Assembly (NCBI GenBank): GCA_964252035.1
Contig: OZ176201.1
DNA: 64,000 bases
Reading direction: 5' to 3' (one strand)
From: Podarcis erhardii
Taxonomy: Eukaryota
Under the pieces are notes generated by a model that did no database searches, was not told the DNA's origin, and was given only the letters and a program-made list of their open reading frames with translations. Shown in pieces: positions 1 through 11,410 of this stretch; within the stretch, counting starts at the first letter, position 1, and every line of letters starts with the position of its first letter. Position numbers and translations under genes: made by a program.

Positions 1-1670
1 TCACAGAATCTCTGCTCATCTTCCATTGAATCCTTATGTGTTATTGTTTCGACCTAGTCATTGCCCCATATGTGCTGACAGGCCTTCCTAGAACACACAC
101 CTCAACCCCTTCACAGCTGCACATTGCAAGGCAATACTAATGATGACAGACAAACTGTCTATCAGGCAGCTCACCCACCACTAATAATCCTATCACTGTG
201 GAGCTACCAAGCTTTTATGGAATTCCAAAGTTTTGTGAACACAGTTTGAAAACTGCCACTCTATTATTGAAGGGCAACTCCGTAGTGACCAATATAACAT
301 CTGGAAGCTTATGTACATAACATTTGTGTTTTAGCTACTTTTATTTGAACTCCAATTAACATTAAACTATTTGTGTGGTAACTTTATTGATCTTCCCTCC
401 AAAACAAAATCAGTAAGTATTTTTAATTTAAAGACTTCCTTTTTCTTGTGTTTTTTTTTAAAGATGTGACCAACATGACAATCTTGCAACCTTAAGAATT
501 TACCTATAACTTTAATAATGTTATTGTCTTTAAAAAAAAAAAACCAATCAAAAAAAGAAATCCATCTGCAGCAATATATGTAAAAAGCTAATGTTTCACG
601 GACAAGAGTCAATCATATGCTGATGTTTCGTGGGAACTGTGGAAAAATGGTTTTCTGTCAAATGATCTGTGACCACTATAACTTGTTACAATTCAATGAC
701 AGACATTTACAAATAAATGCCTCCAAAGCAAGAGCCTATGTATATGACATTTAACTATGCATTGACAAGTTGTAGGTCAGCATCAAGTCCATGTGGAAAA
801 TTGTAATGTCATTATTTGTTTCTTTTCAACCCAACATTTATCATCATTTGCAGGGAAAACAAAGGTCACAGAAATCCCCTTTTTAAGATGATGATTTCAT
901 ATCGATGAATATAATCTGGCATCATTTGGCCAACAAATTTTCATTTAAATTTCTCTGCCTCAAACTTAACAACGAAGTTGCCAGCTGACACCAATACTTC
1001 AGTGGCTATTTCTGCTTCTGTATCCTTTCAGGATAACCACATTTTCCATAGGGGAAGTATTTCCGGTGTTTTTGGCTTGTTTTAAATTACCTGAAAACTT
1101 CATATACACTTTGTGTTCAAGCCTGTTTTCAAACTTTACAGGGTTGTATGGCTCAGCATTTTTTTTTTTTTTTTTTTTTGAGGGGGATATATCTGAGGAG
1201 AAGATAGAAGCCCCTATATGCTTCAAGAAATGGGGTGGGATTCTAGTAGCAACATCAATTCTACACTTTTCCAAACCACACCTATTTTGAACTTACTAAT
1301 AATTAACCTAAAAGGTTTTCCAACTATTAAATATATTGTCTCTCTCTTGAAAGCAGTAACATATATCCACTCCTCATCCGACCTGTCTTTCAGATTGTAA
1401 GCTTCTTACAAAACCTCCATAAGATGCCCTACATGGTACAAATTTTAGGCCCAATAATTATTAAATTCTCAGGGAAGGAATTATGACAGTCCTAAGAAGG
1501 GATTTAAATGACACATATGACAACATATTTACAGTATGTAAGTTGCACATTGTGGCGTAATATGAGTCACAATAACTGTTGCATATAATATACATTTCAA
1601 GTAACATTTTATAACTATTATGCACTGTATGTGACCTGTTGTAAGAACATATGGCTGGGCTAGTAGAGGG

Positions 1671-1672
<2 letters not shown>

Positions 1673-1716
<44 letters not shown>
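1673..1716. repeat. (GT)22 microsatellite
   Basis: Uninterrupted GT run read directly. Confidence 0.95.
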
Positions 1717-1718
<2 letters not shown>

Positions 1719-3276
1719 GTTTTCTATGTATGGCACTCAACGTGTTTTGTCACTTTCAGACCATGGCCAGTGCTGGATGATTTGGAAGAAACATACCAGA
1801 AGGCTCAAGGCAATTATTTAGTAATCCAACCCCTGCCATTCACTGCTTAGTTTTGAGTAATCAGAAGTATAAGGACACCTTGGGAGTAGTGTTGCAATTG
1901 TTTGATTGCCTTGCGTCTCTATCATCTCTGTCTCAACCTTTTAACACAACTGCATTCCTACCTTTCAACATGTAAGCAGCAACCTTTCTTGAAGTTGCAC
2001 TACTACAATGCTAAAGCTAAGAAAGTATATAGGTCATGCCATGCAAACACTTATTTTTTACACATTCTTAAAAAGCTGGCCTGCTTCATAGCACTTTGTA
2101 GTGGTATATATGTATAACAGATTAAATACAATGATTTTAATGCCAATTAGATTCACTATCAGAGAGATGGTGGCACTTCTGTATTCATTATATAATGAGG
2201 TGGTAATGGTGATCAACTAAAAGTAATTTAATACTGTTTAAATTTACCTTGAATGAATTTCATTTTTTATTGATTCATTCCATTTCACCTAATGCTCCTT
2301 CCACCCATAAAAGGTAGAGTTAGTAATGCAAAATAATCTACACTGACATATGTCATCAGATTCTTAAATGTTAGGAAATCAAAGTGAAACTTCCATGCCT
2401 GACCTACAGTGACCTACATATGACTAAGATTGCAAAATTACTTCTTAGTAAGAAACAACTTCTTACAAATTCCCACAGCAGAACTTACAATTTTAAATAG
2501 ATGTGTGGTTAATGTTTAGTGTACTCCAGAGTCCATTTAAATACTAGCATATTGATTTGGTATGCATTACATTCTACACGTAATTGATGTTTTCTTTAAA
2601 TACAGACCTCTTTCTTGTATACTATTTTGCTGTTGTTAATCTCTGAAGACTTTGTAACTTTCTACCAATGTAACACAATGCCTGCCTTCTTTTCCACATT
2701 AAATATTAGAAATATATGAAGCTTTATATCAGTGAATAATATTTTTCAGTTTGCCTTCTGGTACAATTCATTTTTTGAACTTCTGACACATGCATAAATT
2801 TTCACTCATTTGTTCTAAATTAATTCACCTAAAATTCCTACCACCAAACATCAGTCCATTAATGTGATATCTGCATTCCTACTCCATTGATGAACAAATT
2901 TAAAAGTAGGAGGGTGAGTCTAGAAAATCCTGATTACAAACACTACATAGTTAAAGCATGTTCAGGGGGAACTAATTTGTATCAAGCAACCTTAATATCC
3001 ATACCTATTATTTTTAACAAAGGAACACAGTTCCCCAGGAAAAGCCTCCTAGCCTGACTTCCACATAAGAAGCATGAAAACATTTTAATGAGCTGGTTGA
3101 GTAATGAAATATGTTTTAATACCAGTTGTAGGAAAACAAGCAAACGGAAGCACTTCTTAATAGCTAAATTATAATTGTATTTGCTAGAAGCAAACAAAGT
3201 TCAATGGGATTTCCTTCCTGGTGCAAGTAGTGTTAGGATTGCTATCCAACAATACTTTTGATTTGCTTCCAGGGTA

Positions 3277-3420
3277 GAGCTGCAGGAACCAGTGATACTC
3301 CAGATGGTGCTAGATTACTACTCCCATCATTCCTGACCATTGATCATACTGGCTGGGGCTGATGGGAGCTGGAGTCTAATACAGTAGTATCTGGAAAGCC
3401 TAAGGTTCATCACCCCTACT
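3277..3420. mobile_element. Decayed palindromic hAT-type MITE (same family as 11411 and 14708)
   Basis: CCAGATG...ACTACTCCCATCATTCCTGACCATTG...GCTGATGGGAGCTGGAGTC...ATCTGG inverted architecture shared with the other copies; ends approximate. Confidence 0.6.
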
Positions 3421-4499
3421 CTAAGTGACTTCAGATGCCCCAGAAACAGCAGTGAAGAGCGGACAAAATAGTAAACGAACTATAAGTTTATGGGCTATTT
3501 ATCACTTCATGTATGCATCTAATTCTGTACAAAATAGCTGATGGGACAAAAAAGGTTATTATAAAAATTATGGTGTGTGCTTTCTCCTTCTCCCAAGCTG
3601 CTATATATACTACACTATAATAGCCCACCAGCACCAAGGCAGCAGTTTCTAATTTTCAATTAAGCCAAGTTCTTCCCATACAGGCAGTGGTGTGTCTTCT
3701 GAGCTTCCGACCACTGAGAATGTATCAGTATTAAGCCTTTTGTTTCATAATTATCCATTGGAAGAATTTGCCAACTGACATCTTATCTGAGAACATCATG
3801 TCCTCAGTGAGAACATGTGTGGCCATGGGCACAGCTTGCCAGCTTGGTCCAGAGGTGGTGCGCTTGGCTTGACCCGACTTATGTTTATGTGGGAAGTTAC
3901 CTGGGCAAATCACTCTGAGTTCCGCATCCGTATATGGAAATGACAAGGGCCTACCTCACAGAACTGTTGTCAAGGGTGAAAGAAACAGAAACCGCCACAC
4001 ATTTTTTAGCTCGTTATGTGTGCTATAGCAGTGATTCATTAGTGGCAACTTGATATGTGACAGCGGCAAAGGTTACTACTAGTCAAATCACCAACCCAGT
4101 TTCACCCTTTGCTCCCTGCACTGACTCATCATATGACAACTGGGCAAGGCACCATACTTGGTTTCCTTTCTAAATTGCAAGTGTCCTTTACTTAGGCAAA
4201 ATGCATGACAGCACTGATGAACTACGGAGCCACCAACATCTATTTTAAAAGAAATAAATAAAAACCACCGTCATAAACAAAACAGGGCAGAACATAAAGA
4301 AATAAAGAGGGGGGCAGGCAATCGAGAGACAGGGAGGATGAGGGGGTATTGGGGGCAAGTGACAAAAGGAGAGGGTAAGAAACAGCACGAGATTATTATT
4401 GTTGTTATTATTTAGTGGGAAGGGGAAACAATCAGTGGGACGAAAGAAGGGATCTTTTGCGGGAAGGGGCAAACAAATATCAGAGACAGCACTAAGGGC

Positions 4500-5100
4500 A
4501 CAAGCAGAGCCAAGGGGTCGGGCAAGAGAGGACGGGGCACAGGGGGGGTGGGGGGCAGCATAGGTAAGGTGGGAGCATATGGCTAGCAGGACAGCCCCGG
4601 CAGAGAGGGGCTATGGGGCCGGAGAGTCGTGGCGGGGCTCTGTGCGGAGGACAGGCCAGAGGCGGCGAGAGAAAGGGGAGCCAGTCCCTGGCCAACCACC
4701 TTCCCTCCCTCCCTCCCGGCCGGCAGCCCCGCCGCCAAGCGCCACTCACCCGCTACCGAGAGCCTGGGATCCGGGCCAGTCCGTCTTCAGCTCCGCCCGG
4801 CACCAACACAGGAGCCCGAGGCCGCTCCGCTCGGCTCTTCTCCTCTGCTCCGCTCCGCCCCTCGCCGGCTCCTTCCTTCCGGGTCCCGTCGGATTACGGC
4901 AGCCGCCGCCGCCTCCTCTTTCTGCTGTGGATGGTCGGGGTCGGCTGGTGGGGCGTTTTGCCTCTGGCTGGGTCCCCCTCGAGCATCCCGCCCCCCAACG
5001 AAGGCTGCTCCTGTTCCAGCCGCTTCTCGTTCAGAAAACAACCGCCACCATCACCCTATAGCTGCTATCAAGGGGTCTATTCGGAAAGATGGTCCTTTCC
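4500..5100 (-). promoter_or_regulatory. SAR1B: CpG island with probable non-coding first exon (about 4900 to 4750) of SAR1B, divergent from SEC24A
   Basis: Seen: CpG-rich block; minus-strand donor CGG|GTGAGT with the intron starting at 4749; ETS motif CCGGAAG on the minus strand near 4875. Gene identity is inferred from the known SAR1B/SEC24A head-to-head synteny; no SAR1B coding exon is in the window. Confidence 0.55.
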
Positions 5101-7456
5101 CCTCAAGAGTACTTATGGGAGGGGGGTCTCGCTGGAGAAAGGAGAGCTGCGGCTTCAACCCAAATCCGCGGTTACTCCTTCAGATCCTTTGTTAGGCAGG
5201 CTGCATCCACTCCTTATTTCCTCACCCTTTTATTATAGTTGGGTGTTTTAGGGTTCCAAGCCCCCCCCCCAATATTTACCACGGGGCCAAGAGCAACATT
5301 TGAAAAATGAGAGATATTACTAGATCTGGTAGTCCTAGATATCACTAGGCCTTGCGTTGAGTTCTTCGCAGCGCAAGCCTAACCATGTCTACTCAGAAGT
5401 AAGTCCTGTTGAATTAAATGAAGTTTACTCCCAGGTAATAGTTATGCAGCAGGTGAAAGTGTTCCTGCTACCCTGGGGTCTGTCAAACCACTGTAACTCA
5501 CAAGAGCCCTGCTAGTATGTCTGGGTTGTTGCTATTTTATTTTATTTTATATTTATTGCATTGTACTTTTGCATTTGTATTTACTGTAGTTTTGCTATAT
5601 TTTCTTTGTAGTAATCAGTTCATCACTTTGGGGGCTGTGACCAAAAAGCAGTACAGAAAATAACCAATGATGATGGCTGGTTTGCCACACAGTCTGTGCC
5701 TTTCCCTTTCAGGATCTCCTCCACCCCAGATGCTATGCAATAAGGACTTTGATATTGCCACATGTGTTTGTATGTTTGTTGCCAGGGTGTGGGAAGTAGG
5801 AATCCCTTTGCCTAACACTGTTATGATCTGGCTTCAGCTGCCCTCAGAATGGGACTTTCAGTAGGGAGCAGGGAACTTGAAAAGCTCAGACACAATAGCC
5901 CTTCCTCATTCAGATCCTCTGGACTGAAGGAACAGGCTCTCAGGGTGCACAAGAAGGGTGCACATTGTTGCCAGGGTACATGAAGCGATAATTTGGAGAT
6001 GGGGGCGGGAGAGATGGGAAGAAGGGGGAAAAGCAGAGGGTAGAGGCCATTGGGCATTTAGCTCTGTTAGGATGCTACCTGGTAAAGATAGCTTATCGGG
6101 CAACATTGGGGTGAGGTAGTTGGTGAAGTGGGGTGCCCCTGCTACCCTTTAATATACTGGTACAAGCCTTTCCTCGAAGTGACTCACTTGTTGAAATGTT
6201 AAACATTTTGCTAGCATTATATAATTATATATCTGGTTTTGGTCATGCATTGTTTTTTAGAAAGCTAATCTTACACCCTGGGACACTTCAGTCAAACATC
6301 AAATTAGGTAGATTTCCAGGATGCAAAGGGATTGTTAGCAACTCTGCAAAGGATCATAGCCTTAAGCCCACTGATTTCATTAGATCATCTTAATTGTGTG
6401 CTGAATTGTGGTTAGGATGTGAATATAAGTAAGGTCCAATTGCTAGGTTCTTCTTTGTAAGCATGGTATATTAGCTGGATGTAAAGATAATAATCTGGGC
6501 ACTGAAATGCTGCATTCAGGAAGTCTTGGTAAATAATCTGGTAGTCTTATTTTGCAAAGTATTGTTTGCAGCATGAGAAAAAGAATGCCTGATTACCTTG
6601 TTTCTTCCCATTGTATAATATTTCCTTAACTTTCAGCTGTTGCATAGTTTAAGTTTTCAGTATTTGATCAACAAATGTCTTCTGTACTCAAGTAACTCAA
6701 GCGGTTGGCATCCTTACATGTAACTTTGTAACTGGGGCCAAGAATGGAATGCACTAAACTAACCTATATCATTCTACTAATATCATTCCAAATAATTTTA
6801 GAAAGTAAAATAGTTCTGTGATTAGAAAATGCTTTACTAGGCAAATATTTAAAAGGGTTAGGTAACATTTGTATTGTTCAGGGCAATTATAAGTAAAATT
6901 AATGTGGTTTGGAGTTTCGTGCTTGGTTTCTCCCCTTTCAGAAAAAAACCTGAAAATACAAGGTAAATAAGACTTGACTAATTAATGGGATAGGGATAAA
7001 GCTTAGTCAGTGTGGCCTTGTGTCAGGGGAATGGCCCATCTGTAGAAAATTCAACATGCCAATGTGCCACGTTCATCAGAAACATTGTCAGGATATCGGT
7101 CATAGGAATCTACCAACCATGTTCTTCTCACGTCATTAAACACTCCCTCCATTAAACACAAAAAATGATTGTGGCCTTCCTCCACGATAGAAAGATTGCA
7201 TCATGGAAACGTCTTCTTTCACAAGTCACTTGCTAAGGACGCTTTTTGGTGTACAGTAAAAGCCAGAATGAATCTTGTTGATTTCATTACCTTGTAAAAC
7301 CTATTTTCCAACCCCACCCTTTCCATCCCCACCCAGGTAAGGGATGTATTGGGACTCTCTGAAGCTGAGAATTTACTTCTTGTGACAGAGTTTAATCTAA
7401 AAAAAAATAAAAAAATTGACACAAGAACTGCATAAATTCAAGCCTACCAGCGAGCT

Positions 7457-7640
7457 ACTTTTATTTTATTTAATTTATTTACCCTTCATCTGAGGATCAC
7501 TGGGCCATTTTAAATATTAAAACCACAAAAATACATAACAGTAGCAACAATAAAAAACCAACCCCCAGAGTTTAAAAGGCCATAGATTGTTTTATTAGCA
7601 AAAGGCCTGGAAGAAGAGGAATGTTTTTGCCTCTAGTGTG
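7457..7640 (-). mobile_element. L2-type LINE 3' remnant
   Basis: (TTTTA)n tail followed by an A-rich tract, resembling the other minus-strand tails at 39181, 53040, 57422 and 62250; ends approximate. Confidence 0.45.
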
Positions 7641-8338
7641 CACTAACAGTCATTATTTGCTACTGTCTTTGTAATAATAGTGTTATGAGTTGTGGGTACA
7701 AGATTCCCCTAAAATCTTGGGTCTGATAGGTGTTAAAATTTAATCAGTGTTTGGGGTGTTAAATTTGGTTGCCAGACACAAAATTTAGCAAAGTTAAAAT
7801 ACTGACCAAACTAGCTTCCTATTTTCAGGAAATCTCCTGGGAGATTAGCCATTAACTAAAGACAAAGGGAAGGTAATGGGCCATTAGGAAAGCCAGACAG
7901 AGGGCACTTTTTGCCAGTCAGAAAATGGGAGGGGTCCGTTCCTCAACCCAGATTTAGTTTGGAAGACAAAGGAGAGTTTTGAGGTAGAGTTTTAGAGGTG
8001 ACTTTAGGATTGGGTTTTTGCAGCAATGTTGCAGTCTGTAAAATGCAGCAAGTTGGAGAGAGGGTCACAGCCATGTTTGAGAGCATGTTGGATTTCTGTT
8101 TGAATCCAAGGCTGCAGCTATGGAGGAAGCTAGATCCTCTTGGAGTGTGATGATGAGAACCTTTCCATTGTAGTCCCAGGTTGTATATATGTGTAAATAA
8201 ACCATATATCATAAAGACACTACAGTCTCTGCTACCCCTCATTTCCTGAATGAAACATGAACCCTGGGTAAGCACCTAGAAACCCCTGGAATCTTGCACC
8301 ACGCAGAGATTGGGGTAGTGTGTAGCAATACTTATGTA

Positions 8339-8597
8339 CAGTCATATCTCGGATTACAGACGCTTCAGGTTGCGTTTTTTCAGGTTATGGACCCGCTGAA
8401 ACCTGGAAGTACCAAAACGGGTTGCTTCCAGGTTTTGGGGGTTGCGCATGCGCAGAAGCGCTAAATCATGCTTTGCACATGCACAGAAGCGCTGAATCGC
8501 AACTCGTGTGCGCAGGCGCACGGCTGCGGGTTGCAAACGCTGCAGGTTGCAAACGTGCATCCCACACGGATCACATTCGTAACCTGAGCGTCCACTG
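8339..8597. mobile_element. Tc1/mariner (pogo/Tigger-like) MITE
   Basis: TA|CAGTC...CCACTG|TA ends with TA duplications at 8337-8338 and 8598-8599; internal CAGGTT/AACCTG repeats as in related copies. Confidence 0.75.
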
Positions 8598-8834
8598 TAT
8601 ATGCTTACCTTCAAACTGGCTTAAATCACAATTTGGATGGCAGATGCAGAACATGGGGTGCATTTACATTCCATTCCATATATCTATAAAAAGGAGGCTG
8701 GGCTGGAATACTGTAGAGTCCATGGACTGTCATCCTCCCAACTGCTAACAGTTGTTTCTAGGAGGGAAACGCAGCACAAATGTATCTATTGCATTTAAAT
8801 TACAAATCAAAACACAATTAGCATAGGCACAGGG

Positions 8835-9629
8835 CAGCGGCGTAGCGTGGGTTGTCAGCACCTGGGGCAAGGCAAGTAATTTGCGCCCCCTAACCCGGGG
8901 CAAGGCAAGTAATTTGCGCCCCCTAACCCCTAACCATGGTCATTAATACTGACGGCTCTACTCTGAGGCAAACTTCGTGGTGACTACTGCCCTCCATGGT
9001 GTTGTTTTTGCAATTAAAGGACCCCTGCCTCAAATAAAGCATCTTGGGGATTGGGGACTGGGATTTGCCAAGGGAGATGGGAATTGCAGTTCAGTGGCGG
9101 GTCAGGGGGAGAGGGTCCCTTCCGCGTCTGGGTGCCGCGGGCCCCTTTGCGCCAAGACGCGCGTCTTTGGGCGTCGCGGCGCAGCCTTCTTGGTCTCCCT
9201 CCCCGGCCCAGCTAGCCCCAACGCGGCTTCTTTCTGGCGCGGGGAGGGGCGGCTCTGGGGTCAGTGCGTCGGCCGGCCTCCGTCGCGGGTGGGCAGGCCC
9301 CGTCGGGGCGGGTGGGCGGTCTTGGCGCGCAGGCGGCTCCGGCTGGGCGCTTCATTCGCCGCCGGTGGCGCGTTTGGCGGGCTGCGCGCGTCCAGACAGC
9401 GACCCGAGCCGGGCCGCGTGGCGCTTGGTGCCGGAGCCTCCGCCCGCAGCGCCCCGTCGGGAGACCCGGCCGGAAGGAGCCTCGAGCCGGCTGTCGGATG
9501 TGGCTGAAGCAGCCAGGGCGGCATGGCAGGCAGCGGCTCCTCGACGACTCCGGAGGCAGCGAGCGCGCCCCCCCAGAAGTTGCGCCCGGTCCGGCCGGCC
9601 CCCCCTGCACCCCCCACGCTACGCCACTG
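8835..9629. mobile_element. Non-autonomous hAT element (795 bp) with CpG-rich cargo
   Basis: TIRs CAGCGGCGTAGCGTGGG (8835-8851) and CCCACGCTACGCCACTG (9613-9629) match at 16/17; perfect 8-bp TSD GCACAGGG at 8827-8834 and 9630-9637; 33-bp tandem duplication at 8864-8929. Confidence 0.92.
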
Positions 9630-10064
9630 GCACAGGGATTTGGCAAACACTGAGGTACATTTGATTAGCAGAGCCTGCAAAATTGCTTTGAGACCACAAT
9701 TGAGATGTAGAGCAGTTTGGTGTGAAAATGGTCTTCCAAGTCAAATCCTGCTGATGCAGAGGTTCCCTACCACTGTACTTTCTCCAGAAAACATGGACAA
9801 AATATTACTAGAAACCACCCTCCCTGAAAAAGTATTTCCCAGACAGGAAAATAATCAGACTTAGCACCATGCTTATTATACTTCTATTGATACATAAATT
9901 AGAAGAGAGTGGAGAATTCACATCATTGTAGAAGTGAAGGCTGACATTACTTTACAAGAAGATAATGGGTGGCAGTCATTATTTGATGAAGACATAAAAA
10001 GCTTTTATACTTTTCTGTGTAATGCCATGACTCTGAGGAAGGAACTAATGCATTAACACTACTA

Positions 10065-10108
10065 GGTATCTGAAGAAGTGTGCATGCACACAAAAGCTTA
10101 TACGTACC
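10065..10108 (+). ncRNA. Degenerate minimal hammerhead ribozyme (Penelope-associated), probably inactive
   Basis: Stem I GGTAT (10065-69), CTGAAGA box (10070-76), stem II GTGTG-CATG-CACAC (10078-91), AAAA instead of GAAA (10092-95), GC-TT, then ATAC (partial stem I'). Confidence 0.6.
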
Positions 10109-10136
10109 AAGAACAAACTTAGTTGGTCTCTTAAAG

Positions 10137-10457
10137 CAGTGTTTTTCAACCACTGTTCCGCAGCACACTAGTGTGCCGCGAGATGTTGCCTGGTGTGCCG
10201 TGGGAAAAATTGAAAAATTCGAAAGATTTTAAAATAAAGTATTTTATAATTTTTCATATTTCTGTTTACTTACTATTTCATAATAAAGTAATTATAAAAT
10301 ACTTTTTTGTGTTTATTTGGTTCCTATTCAAGAGAATTACTTTATAGTCAATATAGGCACAGAGTTAAATTTTTTAACATTTTCTAATGGTGGTGTGCCT
10401 CGTGATTTTTTTCATGAAACAAGTGTGCCTTTGCCCAAAAAAGGTTGAAAAACACTG
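10137..10457. mobile_element. hAT (Buster/Charlie-type) MITE, 321 bp
   Basis: Perfect 15-bp TIRs CAGTGTTTTTCAACC / GGTTGAAAAACACTG; 8-bp TSD TCTTAAAG (10129-36) / TCTTAAGG (10458-65) with central TA. Confidence 0.92.
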
Positions 10458-11410
10458 TCTTAAGGTGCTACTGGAGATATATATATATATATCGACTGCG
10501 TCAGACCAACACGGCTACCTACCTGAAACTATTATAATGATTTATGTTAATTTATAATAGAAATACTAGATTGAGGCACATATTTAAATACATCATAGTG
10601 GTTGAATTCTTTCAATAAATGATACGATTAGTCAAATGGTTAAAAAAAGACCACAGATGTGTAGTATCTTGGTTTCCTTTTTAAATATAATGAAAATAAA
10701 AGCCACTTGATAGCACTTTTGACATACTTGTTTATATTTATTTATTTTTCAGCAAAAAAAGAGTAGAATGTGGTGGAGTGCCCTTATATCTGAAAACCTG
10801 AATCCTCTGGCTGATGGGGGAACCTATCACTGTCATGTTGGTGCCACTATATGAGGAGTGGCCTGAAAAAAGTTTTCAACTTTGTTTCAGCTCACTGGAG
10901 GGGAGAAAATAACTTTTAACTCATCGACGATTCTGTATACAGTAATGAACATTTCAACTTATACCAACAGGCAAGTCCCAAAGCCTGCACTCCCAAAATA
11001 ATATAGTGTATGTAACAGGGAGTAAGTAGTTATTTCCACACGATCTAAAGGTTTCTTAAAAGATAATGTAGAATGATTTGGAAGTGACCGTTTTGCCTGC
11101 AGAATGCAAAATAACTCATAAGCAACCATACCCTCAACATTTAGATAACTATCTAAAAGAAATACAGTACATTCAAACACCAGTGTCTATAAAACAAGCA
11201 GCAACAAGAACACCCCCACCCCGCCCACGGCCCAAGCCCAAACACGCTGGGTCTGGCTGGTGGTGGTTATTCGACGGCGAAGAAAGCTCACTCTGCACAT
11301 CCTCAGAGATACCCTAATATTTGTTCGTCGCGCAGAATTACTGTGGGTCAGGTCTTGCATTGAAAATAGACACTGGCGAGCTCGGTTGCAACGAACTGAT
11401 ACAGAATAGA

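Larger units (their letters stand above)
10061..10530 (+). mobile_element. Penelope-like element terminal-repeat remnant, split by a hAT MITE
   Basis: GGTATCTGAAGAAGTGTGCATGCACAC...CAAGAACAAACTTAGTTGGTCTC[hAT insertion]TTAAGGTGCTACTGG...AGACCAACACGGCTACCTACCTGAA resembles recalled reptile Penelope end sequences; needs a Dfam/Repbase check. Confidence 0.65.

Noticed and set aside
504-565. Minus-strand segment resembling the first SAR1 coding exon (acceptor, MDF..FDW.., AG|GTAAAT)
   Set aside because: The ATG frame hits TGA at codon 6, the segment is mostly homopolymer T runs, and it does not match the highly conserved [20 protein letters not shown].
4579-5251. Overlapping 160-212 aa ORFs
   Set aside because: Low-complexity Pro/Arg/Ala/Gly ORFs in several frames, expected from stop-poor CpG-island DNA.
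5269-5283. CCAAT...CCACG resembling an ER-stress element
   Set aside because: The spacer is 5 nt, whereas canonical ERSE needs 9.
8977-9680. Six long ORFs and the appearance of an ordinary host gene promoter
   Set aside because: The region is bounded by TIRs and a perfect TSD, so it is a transposon; the ORFs are GC artefacts with no transposase motifs.
10753-10911. Ig-like DGGTYHC motif in one frame, and a TGA-interrupted ORF in another (possible Sec codon)
   Set aside because: There is no upstream Ig Cys/Trp. The alternative frame has no phase-compatible upstream exon and I recognised no SECIS.
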